Shown here piece after piece: positions 50,554 to 60,903 of a stretch of 64,000 bases of DNA. The DNA lies in the IMG/VR virus record IMGVR_UViG_3300046453_000063, positions 99,995 to 163,994 of that record. One strand, written 5' to 3'. The notes under the pieces were generated by a model. That model was not told where the DNA came from, made no database searches, and saw only the letters and a list, made by a program, of their open reading frames with translations. The first letter of the stretch is position 1. Each line of letters begins with the position of its first letter. The stretch is from a virus. The position numbers were made by a program, and so were the translations under genes.

Positions 50554-50946
50554 ATGCAATTATCAATGATCAGAGAACTCTCGATGGCACTAAACATTGA
50601 TTCTGATGCTGCTGGGTTCTGGAATAACGTACGTTATCTATTTAAAACAGATGATGAGGTCAGGTCATTATTGCATGAGTGTACCGGGAAATCTAGAAGA
50701 GAAGTAGATAAGTATATTACTAAAGTAAGGAATGAAAAAATAAAGAAACATCGCTTTCTGTCTTTGAATGATTTCGTAAGTAGCTTTAATGCTGATAAGA
50801 TCGCTGCTCTCGAAAGGATGTTTCAGGAGCCAATTGATATTTCAAAACTATCCAAATTAACTACCAGCGACCCAACCCGCATATTCACTATACATAGCAG
50901 CCTACCACTTGCGGTGTGGTTCATGAGTTTTGTAATCTATTTGTAG
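50554..50946 (+). CDS. Hypothetical protein under putative SOS control
   Basis: AGAGGGG RBS before ATG 50554. Confidence 0.6.
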   Translation: MQLSMIRELSMALNIDSDAAGFWNNVRYLFKTDDEVRSLLHECTGKSRREVDKYITKVRNEKIKKHRFLSLNDFVSSFNADKIAALERMFQEPIDISKLSKLTTSDPTRIFTIHSSLPLAVWFMSFVIYL

Positions 50947-51110
50947 TATAGTGTTTGTGAAATAATGCACGTTATTGTAAGCCGGGTGTAAAATCCCGGT
51001 TAAACAATTTAATAAATAAATATAATAAAAATATGTTGACTAAAACGAATGTGCGATGTATATTAAAGAAGAAGAGAGAAACAAGAAGAATGAAAATGGA
51101 GGAAAGGCAT

Positions 51111-51392
51111 ATGAGAAATATTGTCGATGTAGCAATTAAGATTAAGGAAAAGTTTTTGGGTAATGTAGAAGCACAAAACAATATCGAAGCAGTAATTAAG
51201 GATTCATCTTTCACAGCTCCAGAGGCGATGTACTTAAGATGGACAGATTTACAATGGGCAGTATTTAGCAACATTCCAGAAAGTTCTGATAACTGGAACG
51301 ACAATGATATTGAGATAGTATCCATATTTTCTACGGTCCCAGTTGATGAAATTAAGAAAGATATTAAGTTTGGAATTGATTCTTCAGATTAA
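51111..51392 (+). CDS. Hypothetical protein
   Basis: GGAGG RBS; motif promoter TTGACT upstream. Confidence 0.6.
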   Translation: MRNIVDVAIKIKEKFLGNVEAQNNIEAVIKDSSFTAPEAMYLRWTDLQWAVFSNIPESSDNWNDNDIEIVSIFSTVPVDEIKKDIKFGIDSSD

Positions 51393-51717
51393 ATCCTTCG
51401 AAATAATAATTTTATCAAGAATGTGGAGGACAGAAAGTGAATGATGTTCTGGTAATCCTACTTGCATTAATAATTGTCTACTTCACAGTTAAGTACGAAA
51501 GAACTGATGGGGGTCGCAGGGTATTCTATAATTCATTAATTGGATTAACAGTAGTTCTTGCACTCTATATCGCTTCATTAATAATTTAAAACGCCATGCG
51601 AAAGCATGTTGAATATATAGCTTTACGTAAGTGAGGTTATAGATATTCTAATACTGAAAGGTGGTGAACCCGACAAACTCAGCTTTTGAACGATACATAT
51701 AAAAGTGGGTAAGAATA

Positions 51718-52656
51718 ATGAGTTTACAACCAACATACGGTAATTTTGAAGTAAGAGGGATTGTAACCGGAATGCTAAACTCTAAAGCCTATAGTGATGG
51801 AGATATGCAGGATGGGCAATGGAACAGGATTCAGTTCGGTTTAAAAGTTAGTAATAATGCTTTCGTTTATGTTGAATTGATGGGGAATAAAACAAGTAAG
51901 ATAAAGATGTTTAAGATTGATCCAATGACGAAGAGATATGATAAAAATAATCACATAATGGTTAACTGGGACGAAAAGTATAGTCAGAAGTTTAGCGGCT
52001 ATAAATACTTTCAACCAGTAAAGATTAATCTTGAGGGGGTAGCTGCTGAAGATGTTCAATTAATTGGATATGACGCTGCTGAGCGCCTTAGAGATGATCT
52101 TAAAGATGGTACATACATACTAATCAAGGGTTCGTTACGATTTAATGAATACAAAGGCGATACACAAGAAAACTTCATCATCAAAGAAATATATGTTATG
52201 GATCAAAGTGAATTATCGAATGAGGCTTATTTTGCCCAAGAGATTGTTTATATGGGAATTGAAGATATAAACAAGTCAAAGTGTAAAGTGAATTCAAAAT
52301 TGATCGTTCGTAATTCTGATGGATTTGATATCATTCCATATTCTTTCGTCATTAATAATAAAGATAGTAAGATGAAAAATGTTTATGAATACTTTAATAA
52401 TAATATTCAGATTGGATCAACCTTAAAAGTTCATGGTTTGATTAGGAATTATGTTCCTATGGTTTGGACTGATGAAGGACAAGAAATAATATGTGGTTCA
52501 GCGGTTAAAGAATTGGAGATTACGGGTGGAAATATATCGTCATTGGTTCAGGGCAGATATAAGCCCGAAGAATTGGAATCAAATATTATCCAGGGTTCAC
52601 CATTTGAAGATAATTCACAAACACATGATAAGGGAGTAAACAGATTCGGGTTCTGA
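51718..52656 (+). CDS. Tandem OB-fold SSB-like protein (paralog of 52785 ORF)
   Basis: Two beta-rich repeats (IKGSLRFNEY; LKVHGLIRN; ELEITGG). Confidence 0.55.
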   Translation: MSLQPTYGNFEVRGIVTGMLNSKAYSDGDMQDGQWNRIQFGLKVSNNAFVYVELMGNKTSKIKMFKIDPMTKRYDKNNHIMVNWDEKYSQKFSGYKYFQPVKINLEGVAAEDVQLIGYDAAERLRDDLKDGTYILIKGSLRFNEYKGDTQENFIIKEIYVMDQSELSNEAYFAQEIVYMGIEDINKSKCKVNSKLIVRNSDGFDIIPYSFVINNKDSKMKNVYEYFNNNIQIGSTLKVHGLIRNYVPMVWTDEGQEIICGSAVKELEITGGNISSLVQGRYKPEELESNIIQGSPFEDNSQTHDKGVNRFGF

Positions 52657-52784
52657 TGAAAGGATGTGAGGGCATAGTCAATTCAATGCGAAGTCCGCCG
52701 ATGTAATGTAGTGCCGCAAAATTAAACTTATAAGACTATGATTAAAACTAAACTAATACATAATATAGGAGAGATAATTTAAAA

Positions 52785-53756
52785 ATGACAACTGAAAAAA
52801 ACCAACTTCCAGAGGCACAAAACACCGTACACATCGAAGGTATTGTAAAAGAAGTTCGTATTGAAGAAGGAAGCCTTCCCGCACCAGATGGACGAGAATT
52901 GATTAAGGGCGAAGTTGATATTGCTGTTGATGAAAACTCTGTACATACCGTTAATATGTTCTCCTTTAAGTTGAAAAAAGGAACAAATGATATTAATGCT
53001 ATCTATAAGGGAATTAAGACAATTCAAACTGAGCTGAATGAGGGTGATAAGGTTCGCGTTACTCAAGGTAAAGTAAGTTTGAATGAATATATCGGGCAAG
53101 ATGATAAACTCAAATCTTATCCTAAAATTGACTCAAATTTTATCAACCGTATTAAAGACGGAGAAGATTTTGAACCAAAGGCTACATTCTCACTTGATAT
53201 GATGGTTGCAAATGTTAAAGAAGAAACGAAAGACGGAGAAGAAACTGGTCGCGCAATCATTAAGGGATATGTACCAATGTATAACGGTTCCGTTATTCCT
53301 TTTGAAGTTGTAGTTGCGAATCCTCATGCAGTAAATTATGTAACAGGCAACTATGAAAAAGGATTGACTGTTTCTGTTCATGGTAAAATCGTTAATCAGG
53401 TAGTCGTCACTAAACGTCAGGTTGAGGTTGGGTTTGGTGAGCCACAGGAAAAAATTGAGCGTAAGACAACTCGTGAGTATCTTGTCGAAGGCGGATCTGC
53501 TCCACTAGAAGAAGACGATAAAAATGCATTCAGCCCTGAGTTGGTAAAGAAGGCTTTGGTTGAGCGAGAAGCATATATTCAAAAAATGCGAGACAAAAAG
53601 GCCGCAAAAGAACAACGTTCAGGTGGAAACAGTAGTGGATTTGGTTCCAGTACTCCCGCAAAGGTGGACGATCCATTTGCGCCCAAACACAATAAAGATC
53701 CATTCAGTGGTGATGGAAAACCGATTGACATTTCGGACGATGACCTCCCATTTTGA
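52785..53756 (+). CDS. Single-stranded DNA-binding protein (YorF-like)
   Basis: Tandem OB-like folds; acidic C-terminal tail DISDDDLPF. Confidence 0.75.
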   Translation: MTTEKNQLPEAQNTVHIEGIVKEVRIEEGSLPAPDGRELIKGEVDIAVDENSVHTVNMFSFKLKKGTNDINAIYKGIKTIQTELNEGDKVRVTQGKVSLNEYIGQDDKLKSYPKIDSNFINRIKDGEDFEPKATFSLDMMVANVKEETKDGEETGRAIIKGYVPMYNGSVIPFEVVVANPHAVNYVTGNYEKGLTVSVHGKIVNQVVVTKRQVEVGFGEPQEKIERKTTREYLVEGGSAPLEEDDKNAFSPELVKKALVEREAYIQKMRDKKAAKEQRSGGNSSGFGSSTPAKVDDPFAPKHNKDPFSGDGKPIDISDDDLPF

Positions 53757-53791
53757 TTAAAAGAATAAATATAAGAAACATATAAATTAAT

Positions 53792-53820
53792 AGAGACAGT
53801 CATGCAAAACGGCTGTCTCT
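53792..53820 (+). terminator. Stem-loop between ssb and ATPase genes
   Basis: AGAGACAG...CTGTCTCT. Confidence 0.5.
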
Positions 53821-53865
53821 CCAAACAAAAAATATAACAACATTTAAGGGAGAGATTTTATACAT

Positions 53866-54855
53866 ATGTCATTAGATATCTTTAATCCACAAATTTCCGT
53901 AGTAGCTAAAGGTCTTGAAGGTAAAATCATTACGATATTTGGTAGTAATAACTTGGGCAAAACGAAGCAAACTACGCGATTCAAAAAACCATACTATCTC
54001 GGATTTGAAAAAGGTCTTGGGGCGATTGCTGGCGTACCGTTCGCCGCAATTAATAACTGGGCTGACTTCAAAAAAGTAAATAAACAGCTCACACATAAGT
54101 CTACAGTCGAAAAAGCAAAAGAAGTGTATCAGACAATCATTTTCGATGAGGTTGAAGCGTCTGCACGTTATTGCTCTAAGTATATCTGTGATAAGTATGA
54201 TGCAGACACAATTGCTTCTGGTCGCGAAGGCTTCGGATTGTGGAAGGAATATGAAACGGCTTACTGGGAGGAAATCGATAAACTGATCGGTGCAGGATTT
54301 ACAGTTGTGTTTATTGCTCACCAAACAGAAGATAAAGCGGGTAAGGTATGGCCTAAAGGCGATAAGCGCGCGCTAGCACCGATCATCGATAATAGCGATA
54401 TTGTCGTACATGTCCGCTCTAACGGAACAGATGATAAGAATCAGGTTATTAAGTCATCTGCATACTTGGCTGAGACTTCTGAATTCTTCGCTCGTAGTCG
54501 TTTCGATTATATTCAAACAGTTCTTCCAGAGTTCACTGCCGAAGCGTTAGAAGAAGCAATTATCAAAGCAATTGAAAGACAAGAAGAAGTTGAGGGAATT
54601 AAGGCCGTTACTTATGTCGAACAAAAAGAAACGCTTAAGTCTCAGACATTGAATTTTGATCAGCTTAAAACAGATATTATCTCGGCGGGTAAATTACTCC
54701 ACTCCAAAAACAAAGGAGATGTAGTTACAGAAATTATTGAAAATGGTCTTGGTAAGGGAAAGAAGGTTACTGACTTTACTAAAAATCATGTAGAAATGAT
54801 GGTCGGAGTGCTTGACGAGTTGAATGATGCCGTAAATGAGCTTGAACAAGAATAA
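53866..54855 (+). CDS. AAA_24/Sak4-like ATPase (YorG-like recombinase)
   Basis: GSNNLGKT, FEKG, IIFDE, VFIAH, ARSRF. Confidence 0.82.
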   Translation: MSLDIFNPQISVVAKGLEGKIITIFGSNNLGKTKQTTRFKKPYYLGFEKGLGAIAGVPFAAINNWADFKKVNKQLTHKSTVEKAKEVYQTIIFDEVEASARYCSKYICDKYDADTIASGREGFGLWKEYETAYWEEIDKLIGAGFTVVFIAHQTEDKAGKVWPKGDKRALAPIIDNSDIVVHVRSNGTDDKNQVIKSSAYLAETSEFFARSRFDYIQTVLPEFTAEALEEAIIKAIERQEEVEGIKAVTYVEQKETLKSQTLNFDQLKTDIISAGKLLHSKNKGDVVTEIIENGLGKGKKVTDFTKNHVEMMVGVLDELNDAVNELEQE

Positions 54856-54953
54856 GGGACCTGATAAAAGACAGATATCATCAAGATTAAGAGAATAAAA
54901 ATACAATAGCCTCACTGTAATGGTGGGGCTATATCTAAAATGTGGAGGTTCTG

Positions 54954-55454
54954 ATGCTAAAAGAGATCTTAACTTTAATGTTCGCATTGGCTTTGATTCA
55001 GTCAAATATCCAAGGTGAAACTATTGAAGAAGCAAAAAACACTATGCCAATTGAAAATAAAGTCGTCCAGACGGTTAAAGTTGAGAAAGAGAGGGAAGAT
55101 GCAAAGGTTGAACCAAAGGTAATTGTGAAAACTGAAGAAAAATGGAAAATCTATAGTGTGAGTGCATATACCAACGGATATGAGTCAACCCAAAAGCATA
55201 AAGGCGAAGAAGGATATGGGATTCAAGCTAACGGAAAACGAACTGTCGAAGGAAGTTCGATTGCTTGCCCCAAATCAATGAAGTTTGGAACAGAAGTAAA
55301 AATTAAAGAGCTTGATAATACATATGTTTGTAGTGATAGAGGCTCTGCAATTACTGAGGGAAAATTAGATATATTCATGGAAGATTTAAAGCGTGCTGAG
55401 AAATTTGGCAGAAAAAATTTACATGTTCAAATCATAAAAAAGGAAGTGGATTAA
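54954..55454 (+). CDS. Secreted 3D-domain protein
   Basis: SAYT...ANG...IACPKSMKFGT...DRGSAI...KLDIFM. Confidence 0.85.
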   Translation: MLKEILTLMFALALIQSNIQGETIEEAKNTMPIENKVVQTVKVEKEREDAKVEPKVIVKTEEKWKIYSVSAYTNGYESTQKHKGEEGYGIQANGKRTVEGSSIACPKSMKFGTEVKIKELDNTYVCSDRGSAITEGKLDIFMEDLKRAEKFGRKNLHVQIIKKEVD

Positions 55455-55999
55455 TGAAGCCAAAAGTATTTATTTTAATGGGTTATAGTGGTAGCGGCAA
55501 GACTGAAATTGCCAAGGAGTTAGAAAAGTATAATTACAGCATCCTCCAGTCATATACCACGCGCCAGCCACGCTACGAAGGCGAATACGGGCATATGTTC
55601 TGTTCGGTAGAGGAATATGAACAGTTCAAGAAAAACGGCGATGTAGCAGCCTACAGCTTGATTGAGGGCAATCATTATTTCAGTACTGTTGACCAAATTA
55701 GAAGCACTAAGAATGATCTTATCTATGTTTGTGATCCAGATGGAATCAAAGATCTTAAAGAAAAAGTTCCAGATATTGAGTTTATCACTATCTATATCAA
55801 AGTAGATAAAAAAACTCGTTGGAGACGAATGGTAGAGCGCGGAGACAGTACAGATAAAATTCTTAGTCGCGTGACAACAGACGGAGTTAAATTCAGTAAG
55901 AAACGTTTTGATTATCAGGTTATCAATTATGAATTTGATAAAGCAGTAAAAATCATCAAGAACATTATTGAGGTGGAAAACGAACAACCATTAAATTAA
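55454..55999 (+). CDS. gmk: Guanylate kinase-like protein
   Basis: GYSGSGKT, SYTTRQPR, DPDG, RGD. Confidence 0.85.
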   Translation: MKPKVFILMGYSGSGKTEIAKELEKYNYSILQSYTTRQPRYEGEYGHMFCSVEEYEQFKKNGDVAAYSLIEGNHYFSTVDQIRSTKNDLIYVCDPDGIKDLKEKVPDIEFITIYIKVDKKTRWRRMVERGDSTDKILSRVTTDGVKFSKKRFDYQVINYEFDKAVKIIKNIIEVENEQPLN

Positions 56000-56163
56000 A
56001 AAAGGAAGTGATATTATGTTCCCGATTAATTTAGAAATCTATGTTGCAAGTGGAGATTATACATATAGTGACCTGTTGGAACTTAGAGATAAGACAAAAG
56101 ACATTCTTGATCATGTAGAACGGTTGTTAGATGAAGAATAAAAGCTCATGAAACTGTTAATTC

Positions 56164-56373
56164 ATGAAGAAATTAAGGGAGGGTGAAATAGTGAAGCGAG
56201 ATATTAAGGCGAAAATTTATTTTAAATCAGGACTCACAAGAGAATTGTGTGTGGGAAGTTACGAAACATTTCGAGAAGCAATGAACATTATACTTACGGC
56301 GAGATTTAATGTTGGGAATGACTATGCGTTTGATAGAGATTCAATTGAGTTTATGGAAGAAGTTAAACAATGA
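56164..56373 (+). CDS. Hypothetical protein
   Basis: GGGAGGG RBS points to GTG start at 56191. Confidence 0.5.
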   Translation: MKKLREGEIVKRDIKAKIYFKSGLTRELCVGSYETFREAMNIILTARFNVGNDYAFDRDSIEFMEEVKQ

Positions 56374-56729
56374 ACAGACTGAAAATCATCAAATACATAT
56401 CAGAAACATCAGTCGAGGACATGATTAACGACATCAAAAATAAAAATATGGACGTTAATCATGTCATTGCTTCAAGCCTTGAATCAAGAAAAGAATACGG
56501 ACTTAAAGTACAGCAGTTTGTTGATGAGTTGAGTAAGTTGTTACCAAAGTTAGAAGTTGGAATGATCCTGGAAGCCAAAGATGATTGTATGAATAACTTC
56601 CGTAAAGGCCAGAGACTAGAAATAACTAAAATCAATCAAAATGGTGATTATGTGATTGATGGAGCAGTTGGAACGAATGCAGAAACGATTCATAAATACT
56701 TTAATGTTGTTGGCATGAGAGGAGAATAA
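56370..56729 (+). CDS. Hypothetical protein
   Basis: ATGA overlap with the previous ORF. Confidence 0.6.
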   Translation: MNRLKIIKYISETSVEDMINDIKNKNMDVNHVIASSLESRKEYGLKVQQFVDELSKLLPKLEVGMILEAKDDCMNNFRKGQRLEITKINQNGDYVIDGAVGTNAETIHKYFNVVGMRGE

Positions 56730-56730
56730 G

Positions 56731-56994
56731 ATGGAGACGAAACTCGGTGAATGGGTTGAAAGTATTAACGCTTTCTGGTGTGGTGGGAACGGTATGGAGT
56801 ATGTTGCACGGAAAGGGGCTTTAGAGGTACTTGTTTATGACTGCGATCAGCATCCATGTCCACCAAATTACGTGATTTTGTTGGAGATGGGTCGAAGAAT
56901 TAGAACGCTGGATGATTTCAATGAAGCACTAACCAGTGGAGTACGGATGAAAGCAACTTATGAAACAGTTGGAACAGGAGTATTTGGAGACTAG
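56731..56994 (+). CDS. Hypothetical protein
   Basis: GAGGAG RBS. Confidence 0.55.
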   Translation: METKLGEWVESINAFWCGGNGMEYVARKGALEVLVYDCDQHPCPPNYVILLEMGRRIRTLDDFNEALTSGVRMKATYETVGTGVFGD

Positions 56995-57158
56995 ATTCTT
57001 GATAAATTCCGCAGTTTATCAAAAGAGGTGAATCATGAACATTGATAAGGATTTCGGTTTTGGCAATGAAGTATGTTCCAAATGCGGAGAAGAAATCTAC
57101 AACTCGGAAACATTGAGTAGATGTTTGAGATGCGGGAAATCGACTCCAAGAGAAATGA

Positions 57159-57371
57159 GTGGTAAGGAATATCATAAGAATAAATATGGGGAGGAAGAGA
57201 GAAATGATTGATTATCTAAGACGAGTAATTGAATCTGAAGACAGAGATAGACAAACCAGCAGACCACCCAATAATATTGAGATTATGATAAAGATTAATG
57301 AAATTATTCAAGCACTGAATAATGATTACGAAAAGAAAGATAAAAATCCATTTACTTCGCGAACACGATAA
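57159..57371 (+). CDS. Hypothetical protein
   Basis: GGGAGG RBS suggests a start near 57204. Confidence 0.45.
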   Translation: MVRNIIRINMGRKREMIDYLRRVIESEDRDRQTSRPPNNIEIMIKINEIIQALNNDYEKKDKNPFTSRTR

Positions 57372-57525
57372 AAAAGAATCCATAAAGAAAGGATTGTAAA
57401 AATGAAGAAAATTGGATCATTTGATGAATTTGACGTTTACAAATTAGACGATAGTAATGTTTATATTCAATTTAAAGAAAGCAGAGACGTATACACAATT
57501 TTCGAAGAAGGCAAGTTAACGAAGA

Positions 57526-57792
57526 TTGCTGATTCATTTAGGGATAAAGTATTTATTTAAAATTTATTTCAAAAGGAGCGCAACCTTGAAAGAGAGCAAT
57601 CAGAAACTTTATATAGTTACCGTTCAATATTCCAAAGAAGACAATGATCCAATGAGCGAAATGGTTATTAAGATATTCCCGTGTAGCACGTATGGAACAG
57701 CACAACAATTCGAAAGTTATTTTAGAAAAAATATGTCAAGCACGCAATTATATGATATAGGAATTACAGAAAGTCCGATTTACGATATCTAA
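57526..57792 (+). CDS. Hypothetical protein
   Basis: AAGGAG RBS suggests TTG start at 57586. Confidence 0.5.
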   Translation: MLIHLGIKYLFKIYFKRSATLKESNQKLYIVTVQYSKEDNDPMSEMVIKIFPCSTYGTAQQFESYFRKNMSSTQLYDIGITESPIYDI

Positions 57793-58020
57793 ACGAAATG
57801 GATCAAGAGAGGATGAATAGTATGAAGGAACGTCATGAAAAAATTATCACCAGCGAAGAACTTGTGAACATTATTGAAATTCACTATGGAGAAAAATTTG
57901 ATGACTACGAAGTCCACATAGATGAAGATGAACATATAGTAACTGAAGTACACTTTTTTAGGAATATTTAAGATACGAAATTTAATAAATGAATCTTTCA
58001 TTAAGAAAGGAGTAGAGATA

Positions 58021-58251
58021 TTGAAAGAAATTATATTTGAAAATGGGAGCAAAATTCAGCTTACTACATCCAGTATGAGTATAAGAGGTAAAGGTTATCA
58101 TTTCGGTGTTGATTTGAATCGTCAACAAATGAACTTATGTAATGGAACAGGTCAAATTGGTTATGCGGTTGATATTGAAGATTTCTGCCCTTGTCCTGGA
58201 TGTGAAGCATGTGAAAATGATGAGTGGAAAGCAGGAGAAGATGAAAACTAA
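58021..58251 (+). CDS. Hypothetical Cys-rich protein
   Basis: AAGGAG RBS; CNGTG...CPCPGCEAC. Confidence 0.55.
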   Translation: MKEIIFENGSKIQLTTSSMSIRGKGYHFGVDLNRQQMNLCNGTGQIGYAVDIEDFCPCPGCEACENDEWKAGEDEN

Positions 58252-58426
58252 AGAATCAATGGCATATGTAAATATGATTAAAGAAGTCCTTGACCGCAAC
58301 TATGGAAAAGAAGTTGTATTCTATAATGATGGTGAATGGTATTCCAGAGATCATTGTAGAAGAATTACGGTTGAAGAGCTGAGAGAGTACTTGCTAAAGA
58401 ATACATATATCGGCGATGAATATTAA
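58241..58426 (+). CDS. Hypothetical protein
   Basis: AGGAG RBS before ATG 58241. Confidence 0.5.
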   Translation: MKTKESMAYVNMIKEVLDRNYGKEVVFYNDGEWYSRDHCRRITVEELREYLLKNTYIGDEY

Positions 58427-58471
58427 AAGCTGACGAAATCATCATTTCATAAAGAAAAAGGAGAGTGTTAG

Positions 58472-58957
58472 ATGAAAATATTGAACAAGATTAGATGGTT
58501 TTGTGAAGATAAATGGTGGAATATTCAGCATTATTTCGAAGTAATGAGATGTAAAAGATTGTATTCAGATTATGAAGACAATGAATATAATATCGGTTCG
58601 CTTAAACATATATGGGGAGTAACATCCTGGGATAATCTAAGCGGTAGTGATTCGAATTTGCATACGATGAATGATATTGAAATTACATACGACAGAAAAA
58701 GTAAACTATATGGACTTAATATCGAAACACATTACATGTTCAATAAACAAAACGGAGAAAGCGTATATCTTACGGATCTTCTGAGCGCATTTACAACTTT
58801 TATGGATGCAAATGGATATTCAAAAGAATATCGATTCCCTTTATTCTGTGGAACCCCTACCATTACAGCGTCTGCGGAGTCAATTGAAGAACTGTATACT
58901 AACTTTAAACTCTTTGTATCGGGATATTGTGCGGTTTATGAAGATAGCATAAAATAA
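58472..58957 (+). CDS. Hypothetical protein
   Basis: AAGGAG RBS; boundary palindromes at 58433 and 58949. Confidence 0.65.
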   Translation: MKILNKIRWFCEDKWWNIQHYFEVMRCKRLYSDYEDNEYNIGSLKHIWGVTSWDNLSGSDSNLHTMNDIEITYDRKSKLYGLNIETHYMFNKQNGESVYLTDLLSAFTTFMDANGYSKEYRFPLFCGTPTITASAESIEELYTNFKLFVSGYCAVYEDSIK

Positions 58958-59277
58958 AACTTTTATCAAGAAAGGGGAATATCTGCTCTGATTAAAAATA
59001 GTGATTATATAAAATGTGACAACGGAAAGAGCTATCACATCATCGACAATTGGGACGACAAGAATCATCGCTGGAACAATAAATATAATTACAGACTGGT
59101 CGAAAATGGTGAAGCGGTAAACGAGGTTAGTAGCTTGCATATTAACGACTGTTTTAAGTTTGGAGAATCAATTTGTGTTGGCGAACTATATAATAGAAGC
59201 CCAGAATTCGCAAAAATACTAGAAGTATATGATTTATTAGGTAGACTAAAACATACATATGAAAGTAGGAAATAATA

Positions 59278-59565
59278 ATGGCAATTTATACAGCAGCAGA
59301 AAAAGAAACAGTTTGTGTAACTGATGAAGAGGGCAAAGTGTGGAAAATCTACACCATGTCAAAACCCAAAATTACGAAAATGCTCAAAGCGGGATTTGTA
59401 CCAGTAAAAGTTGACGAAGAAGGTGGTCACTTCTTTGAAGTAGAAGATAATCAAGTATCATTTAGAGCAAAAAGTACACGAGTGGTAAGTCAAGAACAGA
59501 AAGATGCTGCTTCGGAACGGTTTAAACAAATGTGGAAAGATAAACTTAATCAAGAGGAGGCTTAA
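59278..59565 (+). CDS. Conserved phage hypothetical protein
   Basis: EKET...YT...ITKM...S.EQK.AASER pattern. Confidence 0.6.
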   Translation: MAIYTAAEKETVCVTDEEGKVWKIYTMSKPKITKMLKAGFVPVKVDEEGGHFFEVEDNQVSFRAKSTRVVSQEQKDAASERFKQMWKDKLNQEEA

Positions 59566-59566
59566 T

Positions 59567-59935
59567 ATGGACGTTGAAACTAAAGTTAGAACTGAATCAC
59601 AACGACTGAAAATCCTTAATCTGCTGCGGTCTGCCGGGAATGACGGTGTAACCAATGTGGATTTGGTCAAGGTCGCTCTGCGATACAGCGCAAGAATCCA
59701 GGAGATGTATGTTGCTGGGTACGAAATCAATGTTGAAGAATTGGCTGGCGGTTTGACTAAGTATGTATTGGTAAAAGAGCCTGAGACAAAGAAAAGTAAA
59801 CCAGATAAGGCGCTGAATGTTTTGGTTGAAGGCATTAAGAATAAATATAATGGTAATATAAGTGTGGAACAATTGATTGAGGAGTTGAACAATAACAATT
59901 TTACTGTGAGACGCAATATTGGGACGTTTTGCTAA
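59567..59935 (+). CDS. Winged-HTH protein
   Basis: SQRLKILNLL...VTNVDL...LRYSARIQEM..AGYEI; GGAGG RBS. Confidence 0.7.
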   Translation: MDVETKVRTESQRLKILNLLRSAGNDGVTNVDLVKVALRYSARIQEMYVAGYEINVEELAGGLTKYVLVKEPETKKSKPDKALNVLVEGIKNKYNGNISVEQLIEELNNNNFTVRRNIGTFC

Positions 59936-59955
59936 ATTGAAAAGGGGATGATTAT

Positions 59956-60639
59956 TTGAGTAATAGTCCAAGAGCAATTGAGGATTTTAAAGGTATCTGC
60001 TTTAAGTGCCTGAAAAAGAAAATCACGGCAATATACTCTCTATATAGAAGCAATTACGGAAGTAGTTTTGATAACAATTATACATATATGCAAATCTGCG
60101 ATGAGTGTAAGCCTAAAGATATTAAAAAATGGTTTGATGAAGAGCCTGAATTGATTGACGGATGGTGCGAAGATTATAAATATGAAGATTGTATTATTGA
60201 ATTTGTTGATACATTTTCAGTCGAGGGGCAGGAATTATTCTGGAATAGATGTGCTTACGGAGCTTGTTCCCATACCATGGAGAGCCAAGATTGGATCGAG
60301 AAGAAATTGGGAACTCTTCCAGACGAAATATATGAACAATATGGGATGTATTCACCTAAGACTATTAGATTATACAGGGAAAGATTCCCAACATGTAATC
60401 ATCCTATAAATATAATATATAGTGATAAATCAAAAGGGTGCTGGTGCGTGTTCGATGCTAGCGGAGAATATGATCAAAAGGCAGAAGAATATAATATTTC
60501 TGGTGAATGTGCAAGTTGTCAGCATTTTGTTGAACGGAATGAACCATTAAAGAACATGACAAGTAAAGAGTTTGAACTGTACAAAAAGTACTTCATAGGA
60601 AAGATGAAATACCTTGAATTAAGAGATAAGTTTGAATGA
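59956..60639 (+). CDS. Cys-rich hypothetical protein
   Basis: Multiple CxxC motifs; AAGGGG RBS. Confidence 0.65.
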   Translation: MSNSPRAIEDFKGICFKCLKKKITAIYSLYRSNYGSSFDNNYTYMQICDECKPKDIKKWFDEEPELIDGWCEDYKYEDCIIEFVDTFSVEGQELFWNRCAYGACSHTMESQDWIEKKLGTLPDEIYEQYGMYSPKTIRLYRERFPTCNHPINIIYSDKSKGCWCVFDASGEYDQKAEEYNISGECASCQHFVERNEPLKNMTSKEFELYKKYFIGKMKYLELRDKFE

Positions 60640-60684
60640 AAGGAGAATTTGATCAAGAAATGAGGTGCGGATATCGTTCATTAT

Positions 60685-60879
60685 TTGATTTCACTATTGA
60701 TATTTAGCATTGTATTAACTTTGATTTTGGGCGTTATGGAGGGAACTATAACACCAAAAAAGATATATAAAGATACATTATTGATTTTTGCTTGTTGTGT
60801 CTTAATGATCATAGGGATGATATTGTTTGTTTCTGTAACTGCCTTAATATTGGGATTTTTGTTGTGGTTGGTAATTTAA
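60685..60879 (+). CDS. Small membrane protein
   Basis: Two hydrophobic helices. Confidence 0.5.
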   Translation: MISLLIFSIVLTLILGVMEGTITPKKIYKDTLLIFACCVLMIIGMILFVSVTALILGFLLWLVI

Positions 60880-60903
60880 AAATATAAAACAAAGGAGTAG
60901 TTT

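Noticed and set aside
51040-51058. Third LexA box (AAAC-GAAT-GTGC)
   Set aside because: Two mismatches to GAAC-N4-GTTC; not supportable.
51590-51700. Possible riboswitch/ncRNA (CATGC-GAAA-GCATG hairpin)
   Set aside because: Only one short hairpin; no recognisable riboswitch consensus.
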